Shown here: positions 19,910 through 29,599 of the stretch, in pieces
Position numbering within the stretch: the stretch's first letter is position 1
How the letters are laid out: each line of letters starts with the position of its first letter
Assembly (NCBI GenBank): GCA_036676985.1
Contig: JAKFBU010000023.1
Location: 192,001-256,000 of the forward strand
DNA: 64,000 bases
Source of the DNA: Candidatus Sericytochromatia bacterium
Lineage (GTDB): Bacteria; Cyanobacteriota; Sericytochromatia; S15B-MN24; UBA4093
Reading direction: 5' to 3'
Program-made: the position numbers and the translations under genes
The notes under the pieces: generated by a model
Told to the model about the DNA's origin: nothing
Seen by the model: the letters and a program-made list of their open reading frames with translations, nothing else
Database searches by the model: none

Positions 19910-21070
19910 TTAGGAGATCTCGAAGAAGGCCTTGAAGCGGCCCAGGAAGCCACCTTCCGGCTCGGCGGGCACCGTCTCCCGGACCTCGGCGGACTCGAGC
20001 GCCCGGGCGTTATGTGCGAGCCGCTCGCTGACGATGCGGGCGATCTCGTCGGCGATCGCCGGGTTGGACGTGAGGACGGTCTTGAAGGCCACCCGATCGA
20101 TCTCCAGGAGCTCGCTGGGCTGATCGGCGGTGACGGTGGCGCTGCGCGGCTGCCCGCTCAAGAGGGACATCTCGCCGAAGACCTGGCCCGGGCCCACCTC
20201 GGCCACCCGGGAGTCGCCGATGCTGACGCCCGCATGGCCGCTCATGAGGATGAACATGCTGGCCCCCGGCTCGCCCGCGGTGCAGATGGCCTTGCCCGCC
20301 CCGTAGGTGCGGCTGCGGATCTGGGCCGCGAGCGCGGCGATCTCCTCGATGGCCAGGGGCTTGAGGATGTCCACGGCCTGGAGGTAGTCGAAGAAGCGGA
20401 TGGACTCCTTGGTCTCGTAGATCTGATCGCGGGCCATGCGGAAGGTCTCTCCCTTGGAGGGATCGCCCTTGATGGCGCGCAAGAACCAGTCGATGGCCTC
20501 GGCCCCCCGGCCGAGACGGCGCATGGCCTCGCCGACCAAAAAGGCCACGTGCGCCTCGGTGACCGAGGAGTTGCGCGAGACGCCCTTGTCGTAGGCCTCT
20601 TGGTAGAGCGCGCTCGATTGCTCGAGGTACATGTGCTCGCGCTTGCGGTCGTTGCCGTAGCGGCACGTCCAGGCCAGGCGCAAGAGGATGCCCGCGCGGA
20701 CCTCGGGTGGGGTCCGGCGGGCTTCGTAGCTCTTGAGGGCCAACTGGAAGCTGATCATCGCCGCGAACAGCGATCGCTCCTCCTTGGAGAAGTCGTGGCG
20801 GCGGTGCTCCGTGGCCCCCGAGAGGGCCATGGCGAGCGCGACCTGCTCGGACTCCGAGATCTCCCGGAAGTGCTCCTTCAGGGCCGCGAAGCCGCAGCCG
20901 GGGCAGACCCAGACCGAGTAGAACAGCGGGTTGATGCCCGTGTAGTACGGGCAGAAATCCGCGTCTCGCCGTTCCAGGACGGAGGTCCCGCTCTTGGGCG
21001 TGTGCAGCTTGAAGGAGACCTTGCAGACCGGGCACGCCACCTCGCGTGCCGCAAACGGCGATCCCGCCAC
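19910..21070 (-). CDS. DUF2225-like zinc-finger/TPR protein fused to a cyclic nucleotide-binding domain
   Basis: CPVC...DFCPYY.GINPLFY.VWVCPGCGFA; C-terminal FGEMSLLSGQPRSATV. Confidence 0.85.
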   Translation of the reverse strand: MAGSPFAAREVACPVCKVSFKLHTPKSGTSVLERRDADFCPYYTGINPLFYSVWVCPGCGFAALKEHFREISESEQVALAMALSGATEHRRHDFSKEERSLFAAMISFQLALKSYEARRTPPEVRAGILLRLAWTCRYGNDRKREHMYLEQSSALYQEAYDKGVSRNSSVTEAHVAFLVGEAMRRLGRGAEAIDWFLRAIKGDPSKGETFRMARDQIYETKESIRFFDYLQAVDILKPLAIEEIAALAAQIRSRTYGAGKAICTAGEPGASMFILMSGHAGVSIGDSRVAEVGPGQVFGEMSLLSGQPRSATVTADQPSELLEIDRVAFKTVLTSNPAIADEIARIVSERLAHNARALESAEVRETVPAEPEGGFLGRFKAFFEIS

Positions 21071-21089
21071 GTTGTACTCCCGATGGTTG

Positions 21090-22502
21090 TTAGCGCTTGA
21101 CCGGCTTCGTGGTCAGGGCCGCCTTCGTGCGCTCGTAGGCGGCTACCCCTTGGAAGCCCACGTCATAAACATTCCCCGGGTTCCAAAGCAAGTAACCCAT
21201 GCCCTTGGCGTCGTAGGTGGCCTTGATCTGCTCGGAGACGTAGCCCGGGCCGTAGTTGCGGGCCTTGAGCTTGCCGCCGAGATTGAAGGCCTGCAGCCAG
21301 GGACGGATGACGATGCCCGTGCCCGCGGTCTTCTGGGCCGTGCGCTTGATGCCCTCGTTGACGAAGAAGTAGGGCTCCTCGGCCGGACGCTGGTGCCCGA
21401 AGAAGGGCGGGTAGAAGTGCGAGGGGTAGACCATCGGGCTGATGACGTCCGCGTACTTGCCGAGATCCTCGAGGCGCTGGCCGGTGTTCTTGACGTCGAT
21501 GCCCTCGTCCCAGGCCACCACGCCGAAGACGTCCAGGCTGACGAGCGCGCCCGTCGGGTGAATGGTCTCGTAGGCCTGCTTGAGGAAGCTCGTGATGACC
21601 GCGTGCTTCGGCGTCTTGGTGGTGTCGAAGCTGTAGGCGATGTCCTTGAGCGCCCCCATGGCCGGGAAGCGGATGTAGTCGAACTCGATCTCGTCGACGC
21701 CCATGGCCACCAGCTCCTTGGCGATGCCGATGTTGTAGGCGCGGACCTCGGGGTGGTTGGGATCGACCCAGACCCGGCGGCCCTTCTCGAGCCAGGGCTT
21801 GCCGCTCTTGGACTTGAGGGCGAGGTCCGGGCGCTTGGAGGCGAGGTACGGGTCGTGGAAGAGCGCCTGGCGGGCCACCACGTGGATGCCCTCCTGGTGC
21901 AGGCGATCGACCAGCTTGGGGATGTCGCGGATGACGGCGTTCTTGTCCGAGCCCGTCGAGTTGGCCAAGGGCACGTTGCTGTCGTAGGCGAGCGGGCCGT
22001 CCATGTCCTTGACGTCGAAGACCACCGTGTTGAGGCCGTGCGGCTTCATCTGCTTGACGAGCGTGAAGACGCGCTCGGTCGCTGCCGAGGTCTTGGTGAC
22101 GTAGATGCCCTTGGCGTCGAAGGTCCGCTGGCGGGCCACGCGCTTGGGCACGATGGCCTGGGCGCGCACGCCGGGGATCTCGATGCGCTTGCCGACCGGA
22201 ATCCAGTTCTTGAGCCCGTTCTTGGCGAGCAGCGCCTTTTCGAGCGACGGCCGGGTGTAGTAGTCGGTCATGCGCAGGTAGTTCCGGGCCAGGAAGGTCG
22301 GATCCTGGCCCTTCTGGACCGTGTGGAAGATGCGGCCGCCGACGTACTCCCCGCCCGGAGGCAGGGCGGCGTTGCCGTAGCCGGGGTGGACCTTGAGGCC
22401 CGCCGCCTGAGCAGGGGGCGGGGCCGCCTGGGCGCGGGCCGGCAGCGGGGCGAGGGTCGCCGCGCACAGCAGCGACAGCGTGGTCGCGAGGCGAATGATC
22501 AC
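21090..22502 (-). CDS. Secreted putative glycoside hydrolase (DUF4015-like) with N-terminal LysM-like module
   Basis: Signal peptide; HTVQKGQ; KGIYV, VVFDVKD, DEIEFDYIRFP, SPMVYPSH, RPWLQAF. Confidence 0.82.
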   Translation of the reverse strand: MIIRLATTLSLLCAATLAPLPARAQAAPPPAQAAGLKVHPGYGNAALPPGGEYVGGRIFHTVQKGQDPTFLARNYLRMTDYYTRPSLEKALLAKNGLKNWIPVGKRIEIPGVRAQAIVPKRVARQRTFDAKGIYVTKTSAATERVFTLVKQMKPHGLNTVVFDVKDMDGPLAYDSNVPLANSTGSDKNAVIRDIPKLVDRLHQEGIHVVARQALFHDPYLASKRPDLALKSKSGKPWLEKGRRVWVDPNHPEVRAYNIGIAKELVAMGVDEIEFDYIRFPAMGALKDIAYSFDTTKTPKHAVITSFLKQAYETIHPTGALVSLDVFGVVAWDEGIDVKNTGQRLEDLGKYADVISPMVYPSHFYPPFFGHQRPAEEPYFFVNEGIKRTAQKTAGTGIVIRPWLQAFNLGGKLKARNYGPGYVSEQIKATYDAKGMGYLLWNPGNVYDVGFQGVAAYERTKAALTTKPVKR

Positions 22503-22521
22503 GATGGGTCCCCTCTTTCTA

Positions 22522-23547
22522 CTAGGGCAGGATGACGGCCTTGCGTCCGCCGAGCGCGGCGGAGTTCAGGCGATCCTTGAGCTTGGCGGGCACGGTGACG
22601 GTGCTGGGGTTGCCATCCGAAACGTAGGGGCGAAAGGCCTCGTCGTTCTGGCCGGTGGCACCCGCCGGGCGGCGGAAGTGGCGCTTCCACTCGTCGTCGA
22701 TGGCCTGGATGCGGGGCACCTTCATGTAGTTGTACTTCTTGTCGAAGGGGCTGGGTGCCGGATCGGCGCCCACCAAGAAGACAGCGCTGTTCTTGTAGGC
22801 GCTCGCCCCCGAGCCGCCGGCGAGCACCGCCTGGGTGCCGGCCGCGTCCTTGGGGTAGATGCCGAAGGGCAGCGCCAGCGTCGTCAGCTTGTAGCTGCGG
22901 CCCAGCTCCTTGACGACCTCGTCCTGCGCCGTGGCCATCTCCTTGACGATCTGGGCGGGCGAGAGCTTCTTCATGCTGTTGTGGTTGTAGGTGTGGTTGC
23001 CGATCTCGCGGCCCGTCGCCACCAGGTACTTGAGCTTCTCGGCGGCCTCGGCGGGCGTCTCGAAGGCGCCCGGCAGGGTGTAGAAGACGCCTGCGCGGCC
23101 AAAGTCGGGGTGCTTGGCCGCGAACGCGTCGAGGATGCCCACGGCGCTCTGCGGATCCACCATGGCGTTACCCTTGGAGTCGCGGCGGATGGTGCCCCGG
23201 CCGTCCTTGAGGAACATGAACTGCTCGGCCGTCGAGTCGTCGAAGGTGAGGATCACGGGCTTCTTGCCCGCGGGCACGTCGAGCTTGCCCGCGCTGAGCG
23301 CCGAGGCGTTGACCGAGACGTAGCCGTTGTTGTAGAGCCACTCGAGGTCCTTGCGGAAGTTGTCGTAGGTCCGGGTCCAGCGGTCCTCGACCTTGCCGAA
23401 GCGGTGGTACTCCAGGACCGGCACGCGGCCGAGCTCGTTGGGGGTCGCAGGAGCCGCGGCCATGCTGCGGCCAGGCAGCAGCGCCGACAGCGAGAGCGCC
23501 GTCAGCGCCGTCACGGAGAGCACAAGACGAGTGTTCAAGGCAGACAT
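22522..23547 (-). CDS. Secreted polysaccharide deacetylase (NodB fold)
   Basis: PVLEYH, LTFDD, EIGNHTYNH, LPFG. Confidence 0.85.
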   Translation of the reverse strand: MSALNTRLVLSVTALTALSLSALLPGRSMAAAPATPNELGRVPVLEYHRFGKVEDRWTRTYDNFRKDLEWLYNNGYVSVNASALSAGKLDVPAGKKPVILTFDDSTAEQFMFLKDGRGTIRRDSKGNAMVDPQSAVGILDAFAAKHPDFGRAGVFYTLPGAFETPAEAAEKLKYLVATGREIGNHTYNHNSMKKLSPAQIVKEMATAQDEVVKELGRSYKLTTLALPFGIYPKDAAGTQAVLAGGSGASAYKNSAVFLVGADPAPSPFDKKYNYMKVPRIQAIDDEWKRHFRRPAGATGQNDEAFRPYVSDGNPSTVTVPAKLKDRLNSAALGGRKAVILP

Positions 23548-23733
23548 CCTTCTTGGGTGGGGGGCACGGATCGGTTACACGTTACCATACCCCTACACAA
23601 TCCGCTTGCAAGGCCGTTTGAGGGGGAAGCGCGGCAACTCGGCCAAGAAGCTTTGGGCGGCATGGGGAACCGGGCGAGCAGGCCTCTCTGAGACAATACG
23701 CTTGCTCGTTTGCAGACCGAATCGGAGGTGCCC

Positions 23734-24606
23734 ATGTCGTCCCAGACCCCGCGTTCTACTCCCCACGGTCCCGAGGCGGACCGGGCGGTGGCCGATCTGA
23801 TCACGCGCGGCCTCGCCGCCATGCGCCAGCGCAAGCTCCTGCCCGTCGAGGCCGTCGGGCACTACGTCGTCGGGCCCTACGCCCGGGGCGAAGGCTGGGT
23901 CACGCTCGAGGGCGAGGCCTGGCTGCCCCTCGACACGCCCCACCTCTTCATCCTGGTCCCGGACGGCTTCGAGGACGAGGCGCGCCAGTCCTTCGCCGCC
24001 ATCCAGGACCGCATGGCGGAGATCTGCGTGGAGGCCGGCTACTCCTTCTACGTGGACCTGACCACCGAGAGCCAGCTGGCCTCGCCCGAGTGGGCGCTCT
24101 TGGCCCACGAGGTGCAGACCTCGCGGCGGCTCCTGTGGAGCTACGACGGGCACGACCCCCTCGAAGGCTTCAAGGGCGGCCCCGTCGGACGGCTCGAGGA
24201 CTACGCCAAGGCCCACCTCATGGACCAGGGCCCGGGCCTGCGGGAGCTCGCGGAGTGGGCCCGGCACGAGATCTTCGGCCTGCACGAGGGGATCGCGCGC
24301 CTGTCCTTCATCCGCACCATCGAGGTGATCATGGGCCTCGGCGACGCCGTCCTCATGGCCCGGAGGCTGTATGCGCCGGACGCGCTCGCGCGGGCGGCCG
24401 CCATGGCGCGGCTCGCGGCCGAGGGCACGGTCCATGCCCAGCTCGCGGGGTTGTATCGGACGGCGATCGCCCTGCGCCTCAAGCGGCCGACGCTCGCGAT
24501 TCCGGCCTGGGCCGACCTGTGCGCCCTCATGCAGGAGGTGCAGACCTGGTCCCGGCACGTGGCGCACGCGCACTTCGGGGCCGAGGTGGTCGATCCGGCC
24601 GCCTAG
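23734..24606 (+). CDS. Hypothetical protein, possible degenerate nucleotidyltransferase fold
   Basis: GGAGG SD; VVGPYARGEG resembles the NTase G-[GS]-x-A-R-G motif but no DxD follows. Confidence 0.7.
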   Translation: MSSQTPRSTPHGPEADRAVADLITRGLAAMRQRKLLPVEAVGHYVVGPYARGEGWVTLEGEAWLPLDTPHLFILVPDGFEDEARQSFAAIQDRMAEICVEAGYSFYVDLTTESQLASPEWALLAHEVQTSRRLLWSYDGHDPLEGFKGGPVGRLEDYAKAHLMDQGPGLRELAEWARHEIFGLHEGIARLSFIRTIEVIMGLGDAVLMARRLYAPDALARAAAMARLAAEGTVHAQLAGLYRTAIALRLKRPTLAIPAWADLCALMQEVQTWSRHVAHAHFGAEVVDPAA

Positions 24607-24625
24607 GCCATTGGCGGATCGCGCG

Positions 24626-24659
24626 GAAGGGGGGCCGGGCATTTGCCCGGCCCCCCTTC
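24626..24659. terminator. Hairpin terminator between convergent genes
   Basis: GAAGGGGGGCCGGGCA / TGCCCGGCCCCCCTTC. Confidence 0.65.
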
Positions 24660-24671
24660 TGGCGCGTGAGC

Positions 24672-25838
24672 TTACAGGATGGGATCGGAGATGAGGGTGT
24701 TGGTCCCGAGCTCGCCCAGGGTGTTGTTGAGGATGACCATCGCGGCCAAGAGCTCGGTGTGGATGTCATAGCGCCAGACCTTGAAGCCCGTGCCCGTGCA
24801 GATCTCGAAGAAGAGGCAGTCGCCCAGGAAGCGCGGGTTGTGGATGGAGGCGTAGCCGCCGAGACCCAGGTTGGGATAGGGGGCCGTGTCGATGAGGCCC
24901 GTCTGGCGATCCAGGATGAGCAGCCGGGACGTGATGCCGTCGCAGACCGTGAAGGCGATGAAGCGGCCGTCGGGGCTGATGGTCACGTGGCCGATGTTGC
25001 TCGGGATGGTCGTGAGGTCGAGGCCGCCCAGGGGCAGCAGCTGGAAGAGGTGCGGGTTGACGACGTCGTACAGGAAGAGCTTGCCGTTCAGGCTGACGAC
25101 GATCCAGCGGCCGTCGGCGCTGATGTCCACGTCGCAGACGGGGTAGTAGAAGGGGTAGCCGGGGTAGTAGTAGCCCGGGAACCCGAGCTGGACCTCCCGC
25201 TCGGCTGCGATCTTGGTGATGGTGCGGCTCTTGGCGAAGAAGGGGCCGTCGGCCTCGTACTTCATGACCACGTTGCCGTAGACGTCGATGTAGACCAGGA
25301 TGCCCGTCTCCGAGATGCGCGGGTGGGCGCCGCAGGGCAGGGCGTCGATGGCGAGGGTGACGCGCTCCTCGGTGATCATGTCGTAGTAGTAGACGCAGCC
25401 CGCGAAGTCGAAGAGCACCCGGCTGTCGCCGTAGAAGGTGGGCTCGATGGCCTGCAGCTGAATGAACGGCAGGCCCACCACGTCCAGCCCCGCCAGGGCT
25501 CCGTTGAGGATGTAGACGTCCTTGATGGCGTCGTCGTAGACAAAGAGGCTGCCGTTACAGAAGGCCTGGGACGTGAAGGCCACGAAGCGCGGGCAGACGG
25601 GCGGCGGCGGCGGGGGCGGGAGCACGGCCGGCGGCGCCGGGACCACGGGCGCCGGACAGGGCTCGGCGAGGGGTTCCGGGGCGGACTTGACCGGTGCGCC
25701 GCCCGCCTTGGCGATGGGCTGGGGCAGGGGCTCGGGAACGGTGGGCGCCGGGGCGTTGGGGGCCTTGGTACAGGCGACCGTGAGCGTCAGGCTGGCCGCA
25801 AGAGCCGTGAGGCCTCGGAAAAGCTGATTCACGCGCAT
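24672..25838 (-). CDS. Lipoprotein with TolB/PD40-like beta-propeller (paralog A)
   Basis: Lipobox TVAC, Pro-rich linker, ISADGRWIV, ISPDGRFIAF; clear similarity to 27394..28659. Confidence 0.8.
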   Translation of the reverse strand: MRVNQLFRGLTALAASLTLTVACTKAPNAPAPTVPEPLPQPIAKAGGAPVKSAPEPLAEPCPAPVVPAPPAVLPPPPPPPVCPRFVAFTSQAFCNGSLFVYDDAIKDVYILNGALAGLDVVGLPFIQLQAIEPTFYGDSRVLFDFAGCVYYYDMITEERVTLAIDALPCGAHPRISETGILVYIDVYGNVVMKYEADGPFFAKSRTITKIAAEREVQLGFPGYYYPGYPFYYPVCDVDISADGRWIVVSLNGKLFLYDVVNPHLFQLLPLGGLDLTTIPSNIGHVTISPDGRFIAFTVCDGITSRLLILDRQTGLIDTAPYPNLGLGGYASIHNPRFLGDCLFFEICTGTGFKVWRYDIHTELLAAMVILNNTLGELGTNTLISDPIL

Positions 25839-26253
25839 GTTGTCCTTCCTTCCGTTGCGAACCTTAGATCCGGTGCCACACACACCGGAGCGAGAGGGTG
25901 GAGCGCACATCTCACTTCAGGTTGCCGTCACGGTTGGCTGGGACAGTGGGTCGTTGCTCGCGTCATCCGTTTCGATGCCGCAGTTGTAACACGGGGTCGA
26001 CCACCCGACGAACGTGCGTTATGCCCAAGGGGGCTCGTCGTCACGGGGTCTACGCTTGGCCGCCTAGAGGGCGGGCGAGGGTCTTGGCGAGGGGCTTTCC
26101 CGGCAAGGGGGGGTTGCCGGCGGCGTGAGCAGTGTCACGCCGGACTCCCGGAGAAAGGGTTGCTTGCCTAACGAATGTTTGATACGATTCTTTACGAAGT
26201 TTTGTAACAAGCGTCCTACCCTTCTCGCGTCGGACACCGTCCAGGAGGTCAAC

Positions 26254-27324
26254 ATGGAGTTCCAGAACGTCCCCGTCAGCCCGGCGAGCGAGGCCCCCCC
26301 GGAGGTCCTCAACGCCTTCCTCAAGTTCGTCAAGGAAAACCCCGGCATGTTCATGGGCCAGCAGGTCGAGCTCAACAACCTCAAGCCTGCCCCCCAGCAC
26401 ATGGTCTTCCGGTGCGCCAACTGCGACGCGCCGGTCCTGAGCGGCATCGAGACCTGCCCCCAGTGCAAGGCGCCCACGCGCCAGACGCTGAAGGCCGGCG
26501 ACATCCTGCAGGAGCGCTACCAGGTCGAGGGCGTCATGGTGCGCACGGGCGGCTTCGGCACCCTCTACGGCGTGGTGGACCTCCGCGACGGCAAGCGGCA
26601 GCTGGCCATGAAGCAGCTCCAGCACAGCCGCCAGATCCGGGAAAAGGATCGTCTGCTCTTCGAGCGCGAGGGGCGCCTCCTGCAGGCCCTGCGCCACCGC
26701 AGCCTGCCGCAGTTCCATGACTACTTCTCGCTCAACGGGGCGCAGTACCTGGTCATGGAGCGCGTCCAGGGCGTGTCCGTCTCCCACTACATGCGGGCCA
26801 AGGGGGCGCTCAACGAGGACCAGACGCTGGCCCTCCTGCCCCAGATGCTCGAGGTGCTCAGCTACCTGCACCACCTGCCGACGCCCGTGATCCACCGGGA
26901 CATCAAGCCGGGCAACTTCATGTTCACCGAGGCCGGCCACCTGTACCTGATCGACTTCGGCGGCGCCACGGACCTGGATCCGAAGCCTGCCGTGATCGGT
27001 CCCACGGGCATCGCCGAGGACATGACGGGCGTGTTCACCAAGGGCTTTAGCGCCCCCGAGATCTTCCTGGGAGCGAGCCCCAAGCCGGCCAGCGACCTGT
27101 TCTCCCTGGGTGCCAGCCTCATGTTCATGGTCACGAGCCGCCACCCCTTCACGCACTTCGACCCCGACTCGGCCACCTACCGGGTCGACGAGCTGCCCGT
27201 GACCGACGGCCTCAAGCAGGTCATCCGCAAGCTGACGGCCGTTCCGGTCTCCGCGCGATACCAGGATGCCGAGGACGTCCTGCAGGACCTCTTGACCCTG
27301 GGCTACATCCGCCCGAACTCCTAA
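26254..27324 (+). CDS. Hanks-type Ser/Thr kinase with N-terminal zinc ribbon
   Basis: CANC/CPQC; GGFG, AMK, HRDIKPGN, DFG, APE; AGGAGG SD. Confidence 0.92.
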   Translation: MEFQNVPVSPASEAPPEVLNAFLKFVKENPGMFMGQQVELNNLKPAPQHMVFRCANCDAPVLSGIETCPQCKAPTRQTLKAGDILQERYQVEGVMVRTGGFGTLYGVVDLRDGKRQLAMKQLQHSRQIREKDRLLFEREGRLLQALRHRSLPQFHDYFSLNGAQYLVMERVQGVSVSHYMRAKGALNEDQTLALLPQMLEVLSYLHHLPTPVIHRDIKPGNFMFTEAGHLYLIDFGGATDLDPKPAVIGPTGIAEDMTGVFTKGFSAPEIFLGASPKPASDLFSLGASLMFMVTSRHPFTHFDPDSATYRVDELPVTDGLKQVIRKLTAVPVSARYQDAEDVLQDLLTLGYIRPNS

Positions 27325-27393
27325 AAGCGAAGCGGGGGCCGTCCATCGGACGCCCCCGCTTCTTCCCCCCGGAATGGAGGTTTCGGTCGAGAC

Positions 27394-28659
27394 CTAGGGA
27401 TCGAGGTCGGGGCGCGAGATCAGGACGTCGTCCACGTCCTCGCCGAGTACGTTGTTGAGGATGACCATGGCCCGCAAGGTCTCGTTGAGGATGTCGTAGC
27501 GCCAGACCTTGAAGGTGTTGCCGACGAGGACCTCGAAGAAGAGCGTACGACCGTCGTAGCAGAAGACCGGGTCCAGGATGATCGGCTTGTAGTTCGCGTT
27601 GGTGATCGTGTCGCCCAGGTTCGCGTAGGACACCGCGTCGATGTAGCCCGTCTGACGGTCGAGGACCAGCAGGCGGGAGTCGTTGTTGCCCACCAGGTAG
27701 TCGCCGGTCTGCTGCTGATCGGTGACGGACTTCTTGTTGATCGTGAAGGCGACGAACCGGCCGTCGAAGCTGATGGCCACGTGGCCGATGAAGCCCGGCT
27801 GGCCGCCGAGAGCGTAGCTATCGAGGGGCAAGAGCTGGAACAGGTGCGGGTTGAGCACGTCGTACAGGAAGAGGATGCCGTCCTTGTTCACCACGAGCCA
27901 GCGACCGTCGCCGCTGATGGCGATGTCGTAGATGACGCCCGTCTTGGCGTAGCCGTAGTCGTCGCCCAGGTTGTGCTGGAAGTTGGCCTCGGCCGCGATC
28001 TTCGTCAGCTCGCGGGTCTTGGTGTAGAAGGCGCCGTCCGTCTCCTTGAGGACCACCGTGCCGCGGTGCGAGACGTAGGCCAACAGATGGCCGTCCGCCG
28101 TGACCGTGGCGCGCGGACCGCCGAAGTCCTCCGACTGGCCGTCGAAGGCCACCGTCACGCGCTCCTCGGCCACCATGTCGTAGACGTAGACGAAGTGACC
28201 GAAGCTGAAGAGCACCTTGCCGTCCGCGAACGCGAAGGGATTCAGGGTCTCGAGCGTCGTGCAGCTCGAGGTGCCCTCGACGCCCTTCTGGCTGTCGGTG
28301 ATGTCCGAGACCTCGCTGTTGAGGCCGGCCAGGGCCGCGTTCAGGATGTAGACGTCCTTGAGCGCCTCGTCCCACAGGAAGAGACCGCCCGCCTGATCGC
28401 CGTAGTAGTCGCGGCGGCAGGCCGTGAACGCAATGAAGCGGCAGTCGAGGTTGTAGATCACCGGAGCGCCGGGCTGTGGGCACGGATTCGGGATCTCGGC
28501 GACGCCGCCCACCGGCTTGACGTCACCCGAGTTCTTGACCACCGTCGCAGGGTTCGGCTGGGTGACCGGAGAAGGGGTCGAGGGGGCATTCGTACAACCC
28601 GCGACCGCCGACATGGACACAGTCGCAGCCAACAAGGCCTTCTTGGTCTTGGTCGTCAT
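27394..28659 (-). CDS. Lipoprotein with TolB/PD40-like beta-propeller (paralog B)
   Basis: Lipobox VAGC; shares KDVYILN.ALAGL, NPHLFQLLPL, FKVWRYDI, AMVILNN.LGE with paralog A. Confidence 0.8.
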   Translation of the reverse strand: MTTKTKKALLAATVSMSAVAGCTNAPSTPSPVTQPNPATVVKNSGDVKPVGGVAEIPNPCPQPGAPVIYNLDCRFIAFTACRRDYYGDQAGGLFLWDEALKDVYILNAALAGLNSEVSDITDSQKGVEGTSSCTTLETLNPFAFADGKVLFSFGHFVYVYDMVAEERVTVAFDGQSEDFGGPRATVTADGHLLAYVSHRGTVVLKETDGAFYTKTRELTKIAAEANFQHNLGDDYGYAKTGVIYDIAISGDGRWLVVNKDGILFLYDVLNPHLFQLLPLDSYALGGQPGFIGHVAISFDGRFVAFTINKKSVTDQQQTGDYLVGNNDSRLLVLDRQTGYIDAVSYANLGDTITNANYKPIILDPVFCYDGRTLFFEVLVGNTFKVWRYDILNETLRAMVILNNVLGEDVDDVLISRPDLDP

Positions 28660-28695
28660 GAGCTTTCACCTCTCTGAGCGATTGGGAACCGGGAA

Positions 28696-28711
28696 ACACA
28701 CACACACACAC
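28696..28711. repeat. (AC)8 dinucleotide tract in 5' leader of paralog B
   Basis: ACACACACACACACAC read directly. Confidence 0.9.
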
Positions 28712-28898
28712 TTGGGTGAATGGGGACCTGGACCGGGGCTTCACCCAGCGCCCTCGGGTCCGTTGTTCGGCCTCCTTTCTGCTGAAGTCACGCATGGTGC
28801 CCGCGGGGCCGATTGGCGATACTGCGACGACGAGACGACATATCAGGGGCAGTTGGCATCGCTGCGGGTTGAAACATTTCGCAACAACCGTTTGCTTT

Positions 28899-28916
28899 CG
28901 TGTAACAATTTGTAAC
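28899..28916 (-). promoter_or_regulatory. HLR1-like direct repeat GTTACAAA-TT-GTTACACG
   Basis: Two TTACA cores 10 bp apart upstream of paralog B. Confidence 0.45.
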
Positions 28917-29599
28917 ATCAACCCCCGATTGCTGTCAACGCTTTCGCATTAACCCCCGCACCCCCCTCAACCCCTGATAGCGAGCGACTTTCAGGCGACC
29001 AACGACCCTTGTTCAAGTCGCCCTATCCGCCCCTCGAGGCAGGTGCCGCGCGGAGGCCTGCCGGCCCCGGCAGCGATCCTTCGTTAAAGAGTTAATGGAC
29101 ATTTAACGACATTGCGTTGGAACATCGGCGCCGGCGGCAAGCCTGCCGGGGGTTCCCGGCCCGCGTCCGGGGCCCCTCGCCCGCCGGATGACCGCGACCG
29201 CTGGGGCGGAAGCGGAGCCGTGACGAGGTGAGCGAAGGCCAAGCCTCCCGGACGGCCGGGGTAGGCCCGCCGTCTCGCCAGCTGGATCCGCGCTTGCGTT
29301 CGAGCGCCGTGCGAGCCGTTTGCCCCCCAAGCCTGGGCCGTACCGGGCGATCGCCCCGTGCGCTTGGCCCCCGTCAAAGCCATGAGGGCCAAGCTTCCTT
29401 CTAGAAAGCGCACAGGGGAGCGTTCTATAGAGGCCCCCCGCCCTCCGATCCGCGCGGGAGGGCTGTCCAACATGCAAACGATCCTTCGGCCGTTTTAGCG
29501 GGCAAGCAAGCCTGGTCCCAAACGCCCGCCCCTTCAGGGGTTCACCCGGACAAGGGGGCGCGAGGCGAGGCGTTAGGCCCCGCTTGCCACGCTCGCTTG

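Noticed and set aside
24090-26171. 693-aa + strand ORF, and similar long ORFs at 34287, 41614, 51497, 53753
   Set aside because: Shadow frames of recognisable genes, expected at high GC; no motifs
29355-29400. tmRNA-like 5' motif (GGCTTTGACGGGG) on minus strand
   Set aside because: No tRNA-like acceptor stem, T-arm or CCA end found
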